From contig CBFFRP010000297.1 of NCBI GenBank assembly GCA_965644295.1, positions 496,001 through 560,000 of the forward strand: 64,000 nucleotides of DNA, given 5' to 3'. This DNA comes from Paraphysomonas bandaiensis (taxonomy: Eukaryota > Protista > Chrysophyceae). Every line of letters starts with the position of its first letter. The first letter of the stretch is position 1. The position numbers and the translations under genes were made by a program. Shown piece by piece: positions 49,753-64,000 of the stretch. The notes under the pieces are model-generated. The model made no database searches and was not told the DNA's origin. It saw only the letters and a program-made list of their open reading frames with translations.

Positions 49753-51111
49753 TTCCTATTTTGATATGTTTTGTACAATTCTTAATTAGTACCGCATGCA
49801 TACTCTTGCGGCAAATTAACGACAAAATCGAATTTTTTAAATTCACTCGTACTAAACCACAGTCATTACAAGCTTTTTCGAGCTGCATCTTAGTATTTGT
49901 TGTCGATGATATATATCTACAAATATAGCCACTAACCTCTATGATTCTCTCCAATCTCCAAAGTGCGATAATAAGACATCAATTCTTGTCGACTTCAGTT
50001 TAGTTATGAACATATCTTAGCTGGCAACCTTGGTCATAGCAGTCTTGGCACTCTGTTATAAGCGGTATTCCTCATCTCTATGTGACAAAAAACTAAGGAT
50101 TTTTCAGAATCCTCTCCTCAGTCTCTTCTTAATAATCTTGCTACAGACAGAGGTTCCAATCTATCAAATCTTGCTAGTGCTGTTCTGTGAGACCTATCAG
50201 CGTTTGACATTAGAATGGGTAAAACTTAAGAAAACTGAACGATGAACTCACTCGATAATCAACATCTCTCATCATCCATTGTCATTGATTAAATTTATAT
50301 TCTCACTGCCACCAATCAATATTATCAGATCTTAGACAGACACGATATTATACATTCAATATATTTCAGTTTATATATATAACCATCTCATTGCATAGAT
50401 TCAATATTCATATGGTACTGTCTTTAGTCCTGTAATATTTAAGTAACGGCTTTAATTCAAAAGCCATAATCCGTTTCTTGATACACCATTGCTACTGCCA
50501 TTACTGCAAAACAGTAATACTCAACTAGAGCTCAATAATACACACTGGTGACTGTGAGTTGTCTCGTTTGCTTTAACTCATCAGCGTATGACCCATTCTT
50601 GTTCATGTTAATGTCACCACTGCATTTATGATAGATCAACACTTTGCTCTCTAGCTAATGGTTAAGCGGATTTGAAATAGCGGATTCCTTAAATAGTGCC
50701 ACAAATATAGCAACTGTAAAGCTTATTCATATATTACTGACATGAAATCAATGAATGAAGCAGATATTATCATGCACTTAACTTAAGGATACCTATATTG
50801 TTATATTATAAATCGTTATTTATATTCGTAAGAGTGCCATTCTTCCATCTGGTTCTGTGGATCGAAAACAGGATTGAGTGATTGTGCTGTTAGTGTATGT
50901 ATGTTGCTGATATATACAATACACACAGACGCGAATACGGTTGGAAGAGTTTGCTCCGAAATAAACAATTATTATTTTATTTCTCAACCATGTGGTCAAC
51001 GCAAAACCCCCAATCATACTTCCAAATAGTGATAAGTGGTAATGCACCTACTACGTTATAGAGTATTTTTTGAGTGGTAAGTACTTGAAGTTGACAATTA
51101 TACCCACTTCC

Positions 51112-51260
51112 ACCTCTAGTCAACCCAGTCATTGTAATGTTAAAAATCTAATTATTTAATGACTAGGTTGTTCAACTTTGTGACTAGGCTTTACACTTTA
51201 CACCAATTTCGGAGTGACTAGGAAATTCCACTGAATTGACTGGGTCGAAAAATAGATCCC
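51112..51260 (-). mobile_element. Isolated terminus of the same TIR family as 13279-16293
   Basis: Repeated TGACTAGG motifs ending AATAGATCCC, the reverse complement of the GGGATCTATT left end at 13279. Confidence 0.7.
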
Positions 51261-51521
51261 ATAATTTATTTAATTTATTTTGAAGCTGATTATTAATTAT
51301 TCTCTTCAATAATATCCTTTCAAGTAAATTTAAGAAAAAGTTGAAGATAAAATAATCTTATTTTTTGCCTTATTTTGTTGCCGTCCTGTGCACTCTGCAC
51401 CAAAGCTCAAATCAAGTCAGCAAGAGAATATTCGAAAACGGACTAAAATGTTTAGTAGGAAAATAGCTTTTTTTCCTTTCTTCACACGTTTGAAGTAGCA
51501 ATAGACACTATAGGAGTATAG

Positions 51522-52305
51522 CAGGGATAGGGAACAATATATTGCAATACTATTGTTAGATAGCGTTCCATCAATAGTATTGATGGATTTTTTAAACCGG
51601 TTACAATATATTATTGCAATATATTGTCAATGTATTGCAATATATTAGTATGACTAATCAGTAGGTAAACACATCCGTAGATTTCATTTCTAGTATTAGT
51701 CATTAAGATCACATGACAACCAAACCAACTGCTGCTTATAGCTACTAAAAATCCACCTCGTCCTCATCCTCTGATCCATCATTGGTGAGGCAACATCACC
51801 ATATTCATCCACAGAATTGAAATATGCTAGTATCCGGCCATAACTGTCGAATAGCTTTCAGAAACAACAGCATATTAAGAAGGATGGATACTTTTGCGCA
51901 ACACTGATATAATATGTTTAGCTGTGCTGAACAGACGTTCCCATGTATTGGAAGTACATACCAGGGCCAGGCAACCGTTAATGACTCGTGGATCTGTACG
52001 TTTCTTAATTTTTTGAGCTGACTGAAGACTTTTAGTCGCATAGTCAACATCAGCTTCATTATCCTTTGTAATGTTGTAATCAATTTCTCGGTTATTTATA
52101 TCCCTTTTGCACCCTACAGTTGAGAACCTTCTCTTATATGACTATCATAATATTGATTGCAATATATTGCAATAGTATTGTGAGCTCTTTTAGCAGAAAC
52201 ACTATTGATGGAATATTTGACCAGTTCACCAATCAATATATTTTACAATATATTACAATATATTGTACAATGTATTGCAATACAATATATTGTTCCCTAT
52301 CCCTG
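51522..52305. mobile_element. hAT-family non-autonomous element (784 bp)
   Basis: TIR CAGGGATAGGGAACAATATATTG; perfect 8-bp TSD GAGTATAG (51514-51521 and 52306-52313); CAATATATTG subterminal repeats. Confidence 0.92.
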
Positions 52306-52700
52306 GAGTATAGTGCTGGCAATTTTCACACCTTTGATGTCCATCATGAATATTCATCATTATTCATCGATTAAGTGTGATGATGGGAGCAGAACAGGAG
52401 ATGATAACTATCTCGAAATTTAACCTAAATGCTATAAGAATAGAACTTAGGCTCCACCTCAAACGGGCCGGTTTCTCGATAGTTACTCAGTATTATATAT
52501 TATACATACTTAAAGGATCAGAATTTATAAAAAACTTCACAAAAGTGTGAAGAAAACAGCAAACCAAGAAAACACATTCTCTTTCCTACACTACGAGCTC
52601 AGTGTGCATATACCACTTAAAAATGCAGCTATTGTCAGCATCTTCCAAGTATTCGACAATAGCACTTCTAGTACAATCTCTTACACTGTTTTTCAGTCGG

Positions 52701-53494
52701 TCATAAATCCCTATCTTCCATCTGAGAACTACGTGTCTGGTGATATTTTAAAGCTTTTGATATTTCGTATATGCCATGCTGCGCGTCTTTGACAAATATT
52801 TCTCTTCTCTGGGCACACGGACAGAAAACAGATGGACAGCAAATTGGCACACAAATGCACGGGACATGTGTCCGATAAAACATGTGCCAACAGCAACGTG
52901 AATCCATTTGAATACGTTCACCCCTCCCGCCACACAAACAAGTTCGTAGCTCGTTAAAGGAACGTGTCTAACACAAAATTTACAATTACAGGTAATCAAC
53001 AAAGCATAGAATTCATATACGCGTAGGAATTCATGATAAAATTACGCGTATACTACTACGCACCTGATCTGTGATATGATTAAATACTGGATCATCAAAG
53101 TAAAGTACATGCACACGATCTCTGACAGTGTACATACACGGGTCTATACCGCAACATACACCCTCATCGAGAGTAATCTACATATGAACCACATTACATA
53201 TGAGCAGTGACAGCATAACACACGCACTATAGGGGTGTTCCACTCCAAACTGTTCTCTCGAATATACACGTATTTGGAGGACTCGTGCTTCTTCACTATG
53301 TACTCTGGGTTCCCGAAGCAAGGAAGCACACCAAGCATGGGGCAGCATGCAGGAGCACTGCAGCAGACGAGACAGCCGTCTGTGTCCACTCCGCTCGAGA
53401 GCACTGACTGTATGCCGATAGCGTCACTATGCTTCCTGCGAATAGTTTCTCGTGCCAGTTCATGAAGAACGACTGACTCTGGATTAGAAGTCAT
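52701..53494 (-). CDS. Cys-rich hypothetical protein, 3 exons
   Basis: MTSNPES..YVYIRENSLEWNTPI|ITLDEGVCCGIDPC..LYFDDP..DQ|TRSFNELRTCLCGGRGE.. joined by GT-AG introns. Confidence 0.75.
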
Positions 53495-54332
53495 GTTATT
53501 AGCTTCTTATGGATGAATGTGTTGATATGTGTATGTGTATATGTGTGTGTATAAGTGTGATATGGTGACAGTTTAGTATATTATTATTACGAATAGGTTA
53601 TACAGCAGTATACGCATATACAGCAGAGAGTATAGAGTACTGAGTACCTATACAGAGTACAGCAGTACAGTAGTGGAGCAGTACAGCAGTGTATCCATAT
53701 CTAGATGTAGCAGCTGGCAGTGTATCCATATCTAGCTCCAACGCACCATCCAACAAGCATCTTCCTTGCCGACAGTGTGATCATAGTACAGGTGCGCTGG
53801 ATATATCCACCATACATGACTCTAACCTGCCGACCCGCTCACTATGCCATATATTATGCTGCTGCTAGGCTCTTATTGTATGCATAGGTGTATATGGAGC
53901 TTAATATCATGAATATAAACATGATGTATGTGATCACTCGACCATACATACAGCTAAAACCATTCACTCCCAATAAAGACCACAAAAGAAGTCTCCAACC
54001 GTAGCTGTGTAGCACTCAGAGGGAGAGAATTTGTAACTGGATGGTGCATACGTGTTTTGATACAATGCGATGCTCTCTCATTGCAGCTTATTAACATCTT
54101 AAATTCAACAGTCCAATATCTAACAAATCATTCGTGAGAACGGCACAAATGTCATAAAAAGATATAGGAGGCTTTTAAGTAGAAAAGGGAGATAATTATT
54201 ATCCAACCTATTATTAAATTTGAAGGAAAGAGTAACTTTAACAGTAGATGTAAGAAACTATTTCATGTCATGCAAGTGCACGTCAATGCACATATACTCT
54301 ATGAAACCCCATAAATGTCCAAATCTGCCACT

Positions 54333-56140
54333 TCATTTTTTAACCATTTTAAACATTTTCGAGTTCTCTTCTTTCCTTTTTCTTTTCTCTTCCTTGAGAT
54401 CCCACTTCTGCTTCGCTGATTCTGATAAGCTCTCATATTTAGCTCTTTCTTCTTCCTTTTCCTTTTCCAACTTTTCCTGTTTCTTTCTTGCAGCTTCACT
54501 TTGCTGCTGCTCCTTTATTTTTTTGGCTGCCCTCTACAACAAAGTCATTCGAAATTATAATCCAAATGATATTCAGCTTACGTCTTCTAGTGTTTTTCTG
54601 TTTTTTCGTATCTTGTTCGCCGCAGCTGGGGATAGTCTGTAAAAAGTGAGTATGCTACATACACAACGAATAGAAATTACCTAAGAGAATACATAGTGTC
54701 CACGAGCCTCAGCATCAGTTCAACAAGAGACTTCATTTCATCGCACTTTCTCGTGTTTCCAATCCTACAAATAATGGACCCACGTTATGCGCGCCGAACT
54801 TCCATATATACACCTGACCTAAACACGCAAGTAAGCAATCTGGTAGGTATCTCAGGAAATCCTTGCACAGGGGCTCGATTTAGATCCGTGCAGGAGATGA
54901 GCTCAATCAGATCTGTACGTATGGTTTAACGGACAACATATCAATGCTATAAGGCACCTCCAAGCTTGTTGATTACTTCCAAGGCATCCGTATCGAATAT
55001 TCCGGAAGTCAGAGCTTCAGGAGATTCACACATTGCTATCAAATCTATACATTTTGAATCAATGCCCAGTCCTGTATTAATTTATAAAACCTACTTGAGG
55101 GAAATACAGATTGTATAGTACGAGGTGCAAACTCCTGAGAAATATCATTTAGCGACGTGAAAAACATCGCTCAGAAATATTGTGAACCTGAAATTCTGGT
55201 GTCTCCTCTCGGAACGCAACATGCTTTCCTTTGCGACACAGTGCAAAGAGGCATATTTGACCCCCCTTACCACTCAATGGGATCTGTAATCCATTAGTTT
55301 TATATCATAATACCAATATCATCAAACTTACCTGAAAAGTAACCTTATCGTGATGAGGAAACGCAATTGCATCGACTGCCCTCATAATGAGATCATGTCG
55401 ACGAAGAAGAGACACACTGCCGACCAATCCTTCACAGTGGATTCGACCCTATCAGTAAATAGTGTTATGAGGCAATAACGTATGAATATCATGTGTATCG
55501 TATGTGTGTATCTTGTGTATCGGATGTATACTCAACTGATGCAAAAAATGTGAAGTTATTGAGGCTCTCTTTGAACAGAAGGGCTCCTGCGTCTGATGTG
55601 TCAGCACTGCCAGAAGAAAGCTTCGCAAATTGAGTCTGTAATAACTCTTGGTGGTTACGGATCCTATACAGAGCCTGTCAGTATATATACTCTATGTGTA
55701 TGTGTGTATATGTATGTATATGTGTGTGCGTGTATGTACCATTTCGTTGCTATGACTTTATTGGCATTTCGTCCGTAAAAAAACATAATTGTCCACACGA
55801 TTAATACGCCGCACAGTATCATCTCAAGGAGGAAGGTGTTTCTGAATGATGTGATTGGTTAATTATTGAAGTCAACAGTCAGTGAATTTGATAGGTGTAC
55901 GTACGTCCCCAATATATCTCCTGAGCTCTGTAACGCTCTACTCAACTTCATAAATAAATTTTGGACTGCATTTGCAGATGATGCATTGTTGTCATCGATA
56001 GCTTGATCTATCATGTCATCTGACTGAGGTACTGGTATATTCCCAGTTGAGTGATGTTCATCTTCTTGTATTTCATCAAACTCATCCTGAGAATAAACTG
56101 CAAAAGGCATCAAAGCCGATAGAAGTATAAGATCCTTCAT
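54333..56140 (-). CDS. CCDC47: PAT complex subunit CCDC47 (DUF1682)-like ER membrane protein; multi-exon
   Basis: Signal peptide, acidic lumenal region, TM segment, NNFTFFAS|GRIHCEG..LLRRHDL, C-terminal K/E coiled coil ending KWDLKERKRK..KMFKMVKK*. Confidence 0.75.
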
Positions 56141-57651
56141 TGGCTGGGCTTAATTAGAGAATATATTCACCAGATATATATATCCCAGAGCTGGTAATGG
56201 ATGATATAATAATCACGTGCCGTGACATGTACAGCTGGGAGCTGTAGACAGTGCAGTGTGCAAGAGGCACCTGCTACAGCAGTGTATGTACTGCTGTGTA
56301 TGTGATTATGCTATTTAGTGGTTCACAAGGCTGGAGAAAGGAAAAATATCGTTTTTTCAGCATTTTTGTGTTACTTTTCGGCTACAAAAATTCGTAGAAT
56401 CCATAAAATCATGGATATATATATAAAATTCGAGATTCCCAATTTCACAAAAGCAAAATATTGCACTTTCCTCCAGAAAATACCCCCCTACAGCAGTATC
56501 TGCAGTCGCAGCCTGCATATCTAGCTAGATACAGCAGCATGAGCATGGAGTGCAGCAGATCCATTCTTGGCATCGGCACTATCTCTCGATACCGCAGCAG
56601 AGAAATATGAGTGGAATTGCAATGGTATTTACTGCTTATTCTCAGGTGTCCATAGAGAGGATGCACTGCAATGTGTAGGCTTTAGAAGTGGATTGCGGGT
56701 CCCTCTGCCGTGTGTGTCGGAGCGATGTGCTCATTCCTGCTGCTATTCATCGTATCGTATGATAGTATATCTTGCAGCAGCTGGATGTACTACCGGACGA
56801 AGGACACGCCCTGTTGTTATTCATAGTTAAGTCATGGGCTCGTACGATCACAGTGATATTAATGGAGCATAGAAAGCAAGCAAGATTAATAGAAACAATC
56901 CTTGACTTCGAATATGCTCTGGCATAGCCACTATACACTACACATTAACACTTTAGTATTGGGGTATACAAACCCTACTAAACTCTCAAAAATTCAATTC
57001 TAGTTATAACGCTAGCTCTGAACTCCATCTCTACAAAAAAACTTAACAACAACATGCTACCGTCTATCTAAGATAAAACAAGCAGTTCAACACTTGATGT
57101 ATCAACATGATACATATGCAGAAGAATTCATAAACGTAAGTGTACAAACTGTGTACATTTTTTAGAGTTTTGAATGATAAACTAAGCTCTGATAATATTA
57201 TATTACTATAGAGGAAATGTTGACTATAAAAACGTATGCATGCCGCGCTCATTCTCATTATATGAATTCAGTTTATACGTTGAAGTTGAACTAATCATGT
57301 TTTGGGTGCCCTAAGTACGTGTTTGATACTGAGTATGATATGATATATGATACGATTACTCAATTGTGTACAATACGCATCTTTATGAATACTGCGTATT
57401 TACATGTACTTGTCTAATGCAGTGAATTTGATATATAATATAGCCGTAAGTATATTAAATATTATATTAGTTGCATAGTGTAGTATATTCTGAGTGCTGC
57501 ACACAATCAACCTGTACGTCAATAATACTAGTCCTTGAGAAGGAATTTCGGTCGGGAATATCAAGAATTATACAACATTAAATTATTACCACTCCACGTC
57601 CATATTTAAATCAACATAAACTCATATACATATCCACTCGTAATGACATAG

Positions 57652-60600
57652 TTAATCATTCATTGCATCTTTGACGAGTAGTTTGAGACGACGTTCAATG
57701 GATTGTGTATCCTCATCACTTGCCTCGAAAGATTTGTATACACTAGTGTTTTGTGCTTCTTGAACCGGGGCAACTGAACTAGCACGAGATAACTTTGTAG
57801 TGCGAGAGTCGGATGCAAAAGCTTCACGAGAACTCGCACCTTGTACGCTATCAGAGGACGACGCGCCATCTCCAGACAACTCAGTCATTATACTTTGTAG
57901 CTCATTGAACGATATTCTTTGACTTGAATCGTCATCCACGTCTGCACCGCTTTTGGCACCAGAAAAACTAACATCGTGTTCCGGATCAGCAGATTGTCGT
58001 AGCAAGGCTTTAAGTCTTGTACTCTCGTCAATAACTCTTTTAATTTCTGATTGGTAGTCAGCTTCTTGCTTAGCAAAGTGTTTTCTTAACTCTTTGAACT
58101 TTTCTTCAGACTGTTCCAGCTGTTTATGTAATAACCTACAAAAACGTAAGAATATACAAATAGATCAAATCTTTACACACCGAATGTGTTTCTCAAGATC
58201 GTTTCGCTTCGATGCAGATATTTCTTTGAAAGCAAGAAGTTCAACACGTAATTTTTCTAGAGATTCCTTTTGACTTTTTATCATTGCATCCTTACGGGAA
58301 ATCGTCAAGCGCAAAACATCGCTTTTGTCAACAACTTGCTTCAATTTATCATTTTCATCAGAAAGCTTTCTGATCTCTCTTTCCATTTCACAAACTTTAT
58401 CACGAAACGCATTTAGTCTTGCACGGGCCCTTCCTCTTTCTAATTCGGATGCCTTCAGCCTGTCAAAAATATCACTAGTATTCACACTTATTCGCATGGT
58501 ACCTCTTTCGGAGTTCTGGCGCCGTAAGGGATGTAATATCGCCGCCATCATCCTCTCTAACATGTTGTGAAGCCAAGGAATTACGCAATGTTGCTTCTAA
58601 TTCAGAGTTTTTGTTCTTCAAGTCTTTGATGATAGCTTCTTTTGAGCCGAGTGCCCGAGTAGCCCTACAAAATATAAAATACTTATAAAATACAGCTAAA
58701 CTCTATATACCGTTTCAATTTGTCCTCGCACTCCAAAAACTCGTTTTTCCACCGCTCCAATGCTTCCGCATCAGCTGCTCTGCTTGACCTTAGTAATAGA
58801 TATCGTTAGAAAATATTTACATCCCACTATACTCTACCGTAATGATGCAATTAATTTCGATTTACGTGAATTTTCATCCCGCAGGGACGACACCTATTCA
58901 AAGTTAGTGCATTGCTACACCACTCTACTCCAAACCTGCTCCTTTAGCCCAGACGCAGTGGACTTCAGTTCTTCAGACTCAGCTTTCACTGACTTCTCTG
59001 ACTCTGCATCAGGTGTCACATGAATAAATACAACGGTTTATAGTAGCATACCTATAAGTGATGCATTTTTCGCTCGTAAGCCGTCAAGCTCTTGAGTATA
59101 CAACTTTCTGACGGACTGGTCACGCTTGGATGCTAATACAGTCATGTGAACTACGCATCGAAAACAAAAGTGATTGCCTTACAGTCAACATTTTTGCCGT
59201 CAAGCACCACCGTAGGCGTTGTCATAGTCATTTTATGGGCCCCGTCGTGTTTATCTAAAAGGCGTTGCAACTCAAAAACCTGTAGAGCGAGGTACAAGTG
59301 ATAAAAGATAGCATGTTTGAGTAAGAAACCTCTTTCTCGGTAGCTTGCAATCTCGCCTCCAATAGTTCTTCACGGAGAGGTAGAGCTTTTTGAGTATTTC
59401 TAGTGAGTATATTGGGTGTCAGTGCTTCAGAAGACACAGCAGCCCCAACACCACGGAAGGCATCATTTATTGCTTGAAGCTGGGCTTTCTTTATGCGATA
59501 CTCTTGTGATAATTTATAGACAAGCGTTTGTGCCTCATCCAGAGTAACATTTTCTCCTAGAGGGTGAAGATTCGATGCATTCTTCTCTTCCTCCATCGCT
59601 CGCATTTCATTTTCAAGTGCGGCAACAATGACTTGCTGGGCATTGCGATACTTTTCAAAGTCACCCCACACTCGCTGTAATTCTTCAGCATGCAATTTCT
59701 CTTTTCGTGCAAGTTCTGTTCTATACTTATCAATCTCATCCCCAGAATGATCTAATAAATATACATTACGAAGTCAGTAATCTGATTCGAAAGCACATCA
59801 CCTAATAACTCCTGCAGGCGTAATATTCCGTCTTGCACACTCTCAGAATTGTAAGGCCTAGGACCCTCACTTGCAGTGGCTCTCGAAGCCGGTGATTCAG
59901 ATTGGATTATTTCTTCAAGGCGAATAATTTGGTCACGGGCTGCCTGAGTCTGCTCGTCAAGTGCATCCTGGGCATTCTTTAGTGCTTCCTCGTATCGACT
60001 TTTAATAATCGCAAGTCTTTCGTCAGTTCCTGACATCGCAAGCTTTTGCAATTCAGTCCTACATTCGTCGAGGCTCCTCTGAAGCTTATACTGCTCGTCG
60101 CCCCATACCTGGCGTTGTTTAGCTGTTTCTTCGTCCAAGATACATACTCTATCACGAAGGTCTTGCAATATTTCAATATAGAAAGGGGGGATGGAATCGT
60201 CGGCACTTAAAGTATGTTCAAGGTTCTCAACACGAGTAAGAACTTCTTTCAACTTTCCGGTAACATCTCTATCCGAAGATACTGAAGAATGAAAAGCATC
60301 GTTCACATCCGAAGTTGGAGGTTTCTCCAAATGATTCTTGTAAGCCATGCTTAAACGTGTAGCAATAACCGCTGCTTTTCTAATCAACATCAAGGACTCG
60401 ACAGTGCAATTGGTTGACGGAAGTTTACGCATATGGTGCACTGCGGACGGAAGTATATCATTCAGTTCGTCTAACATTACCGAAATTGATGGCCAAAAAA
60501 CAGGATCTTCGTGTTTAACCTAAATACATTAAAGTTTAGCATATCACACAAAATAAAAAAGTACATACTTGCTCTAGTGGAGACGCCGTGTCCTTTCGTA

Positions 60601-63600
60601 TGCGTTTAGATCCTTTTACATCATCAGCGGAAGAACTGGATGACGACACTGTGCTATCATCAGTGGCAAGTTGAGTATAATCAGTTGTTCGGTTCACAGT
60701 ATCTGAGCATATACTGTTGAAAGTCCTTGAGACATCAAATGCCTGGTTTTCAGAGGAGAGTGCCAAAGATGAACCCGAAGAATTCCCCATCAGACCAGCA
60801 GACGCAACTATGACTTCTTTTTCGGTGTCCAAATGCCTTCTAAAAGCGCTTCTTTGGGTTTCTAGGAGCTGTTCTAACTCTCGTATCTGGTTCAGCGCAT
60901 AGTTATAGCGCGTTCTTTCGATATTTAGCTCTCTACGTAAAGCAGCCTCATTTGAGCTTGACATCACTCCTTCCATATCACACAGTGAATCGGATGCAAC
61001 ATGATTGCTACTGGTACCGGCATCGCCGTTTCGCCCTGGTTGACTATCAGAAGTACCTTCGTCATCATGCCCGAAATGTTTGTCATTATCGTCGACTTTG
61101 ACATTGCTGACTTGATCTCTATCACTCGTCTTGGTGTCGACATCGCAGTCTAAATGATCGGCATTACTGCCCTTGTTATCGTAACCGACATCTAATGGCT
61201 CGCCATTAACATGTTCGTCGTTGGTCCCATGCGACTGGTGGCTAGAAGAAGAGCAACTTCTTCCATCAATGCTGTTGCACATTGACCCTTCACCAGCACT
61301 ATCAATTCCAGCATTCCACTCTACTTCCATGTTCTCCTTGCCAATCATTGCAGTAGTCATGCATTTCTCACGTCCAGTTTGCCATTCATCTGTCTGTACA
61401 CTAACAGAGAGACTATCACTACAAGGGACCTCCTTTTCCTGGAGGGCCATTTGCTCGGCTTCCTTAAAAGTATCGGCAATTCGAGACAATTCGTCAGTTA
61501 GATATTTCTTTTCCATTTCATAAGTTTCTCTTAAGTCTCTCAGCTCTTGGACGTGTTTATCTTCTATGTCATTCCTCATACGATTTAGCTGAAGAGTGGC
61601 CCGATTTTTCAAGTCTTCTTCGTGCTTGCGAAGCTCCCTACAAAGTGACTTCATATTCGCCTCGCGCGATTGCGCCAAATCACACTCGCTACGCAAAACC
61701 GCAATTTGTTCTTCCAGCTTGAAACACTTTTCACGAAAGTCTGCAACTTCAGAGCATGAATTCTCGTGATGTTCACCTGCGCTTTGCGATAGCTTTTTCT
61801 TTTCATTGAAATCATCACAAGTGTTTCCACCTGATGAGTCGTCAGTATTCCATCTGGAAATTACTCCAGATAGTTCAGTGATCCGCTCTCTCAGTGTAAA
61901 ATTTTTCTCTTTGAGAAAGTGAATTTGGTTTTCCATCTTACATTTACATACAACGCTTAGTCGAATAAACCATAAAACAGCCATCATTACCGATTTCCTC
62001 GACGAATTCGCGGTACAAAGCGCTTGAGCAAGCGCATAAGTTTTCTCTATGCCTAATCTATGCAAACCTTCACCGCCGCGATCTCTGTACTTATCATCAC
62101 CAGTAATGCCAAGAGCGTAGAGAGCATCTTCTGCTCCATATGCTCCAACATCATCCTCTGAATACGGAAGTCCAGAAATTAATCGAGGTAGTTCAACCTA
62201 TAAATGGCACAGTAAGTGAAGCAAAATAAGTAAAATGCCACTAACTTGAAACCATTTGTGAAGGGAACGCTCAGAATCCTTTATCTTTTCGTCGATATAA
62301 CCGAATGCATCCTCACGCCCTTTGGTCACAGAATCGCCATTACTTTCCAAATATGCAATATCAGCCTATTGAAAGAATCAGAAAGGTATATTAAGTATAC
62401 CATTCTACCTTCAGCTTTCTGTTACTTGCTTCAAGTAGCTCTATCTTAGTTTCTAGTTCACGAACACGTGATCGCTCCGCAAGCAGTGAGCTGGTAGTTG
62501 TTCTAACTTTTTCGATTGCATCAGCCGCCGTATTTCGACATATTGTCAACAGATTGCCCTCCAACTCAAACTGGTGTGCAGATTCCAGTGCGATCACTCT
62601 CTCACTTGATTCGGCACGATTTTTATACCTGGAAAGAACATAAACTCAGCGTTTTATATGTACGAAGCATGTATCACCTGTACAACTGAGTCACAGCGCT
62701 CTCCAATCTACATGACGTGGCACGTAAGCGTCGTTCTAAATCTCGACTACTAGACTGACTCTTAATCACTGACAACTCAGCATTATTAGCACGTTCATGG
62801 GCTTCCACAACTAAATCAGTGATTCTTTGTAAAAACTTCTGTTCTGCTTTGGAAATAGGACCAGTGGCAGCGCGAGGATAGAACCCCACTTGATCCCGCC
62901 ACTGCACTAGCATGGTGACTACTAGGTTTCGAACACTCTCAACTTCGCTTTCGTTATTTGGATGAGTGGCAAAATTATCGCCATTAGCTTCGGAATCACT
63001 TACAGTTTGGAGTGCTTCATTCGCAGAAGGAAGTACTGTGTCACTAAACCACTGCTGAAAGGCTTCGCGATCTGATAGCTCGGATTGTTTCGTTAATTCT
63101 TCACATTTAACACGCTGCTGCTGACAGAGATACTCTTTCTCGCGGAGAGCATGCTTCAAGTCCTCGATCTTCGATTCAAAGGTAGACCGCTGATCTAATA
63201 ATAGCTTCTCCCCACTTAAGATTCATCAATAAGACAATACATGGCCTCAATGCATTAAAACTACCTTGAAGCCTTATCCACCGAAATGGCATAATTCACT
63301 TTGAGCTGATTGTTAGCACTTTCAAGTCTCTTGACACTCAGAAGAAGTTTATTTATTCGCTTTTGATAGTTTATACAATTGGTCTCCAATTGGCGAGTTC
63401 GTCGTTCTGCCATCGCAGTTGATGCGAGCTGAAAAAGAGTCATGGCAAAGAGAAACCGAAACAAAATATATCTACCTGTGCTGTGGAGTCAGCAGATAAT
63501 TCTACAATGCGTTTTACTAATGCTTGAACTTCCCACGAGCCCGCAGAAGTAATCGGAGGAACTGGCGCAGCAATCAGGTCCGACAAATTTTCAAAAGCAG

Positions 63601-64000
63601 GACGATCCACGCTCGATTCGCGATCTAATAAGTTCTTCACAGTGGCGGTGTCCTTTGAGCCACCAAGCTGAAGCGTCTCCAAAGTTTCCATTAATATTTT
63701 CAACTGACATACATGCTTAATATGGATACATTTAATTTAAACTCACCAACCTGCGAAGTACGTTCCCGCACTAAATACTTCAACTCTTTGCACCCACCAC
63801 AGGAATTCTCTACTTTATCACGTCTTCCATTCGAACGTCTGTCCGCTAAGCAGTCACTCCCAACGGAATCACAAGAGCTGGCACTGTCATCAGTATTATC
63901 AGGATCATCGGAAGTCAAGTATGTATCTGCTGCAGGTTGTGCGCTATTTAGTGCAAAGCGTCTAGCACATGATGCACAAATATGAATATTGCCTAATGTA
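57652..64000 (-). CDS. Very long multi-exon coiled-coil protein (centrosomal/ciliary-like); 5' end off the window
   Basis: A chain of minus-strand E/K/L/R-rich ORFs (63918 to 57652) separated by short GT-AG introns; stop at 57652. Confidence 0.75.

Overview
Eukaryotic nuclear DNA with compact genes split by short (~45-60 nt) GT-AG introns. The gene content (mastigoneme-type EGF protein, DNAAF1, HMG-ISWI, MANF-like) is consistent with a flagellated stramenopile, possibly a chrysophyte; this lineage call is inference. About 17 protein-coding genes are present: an EGF/Gly-rich fibre-like secreted protein (partial), LRR-IQ protein, VPS45, membrane-anchored GST-like protein, FCP/SCP-type HAD phosphatase, a small CPI-17/PPP1R14-like protein, ABP34-like EF-hand protein, a highly divergent tubulin, DNAAF1, MANF-like, ISWI with HMG boxes, a PPCPW ankyrin-like repeat protein, CCDC47, two hypotheticals and a long coiled-coil gene (partial). 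Intergenic DNA is rich in transposon material: a hAT MITE with a perfect 8-bp TSD, a pogo/Tigger-like element with TA TSD, a ~3 kb TIR element carrying a 1.5 kb variant-coded minisatellite, hAT transposase relics, a triplicated ~1.84 kb pseudogene-like unit and a three-copy ~400 bp structured repeat. The most notable leads are the CPI-17-like PP1 inhibitor outside animals, the tubulin with a degenerate GTP-binding loop placed head-to-head with DNAAF1, the EGF plus beta-solenoid fibre protein, and two unexplained helix-rich non-coding elements. All calls come from manual reading; no database searches were run.
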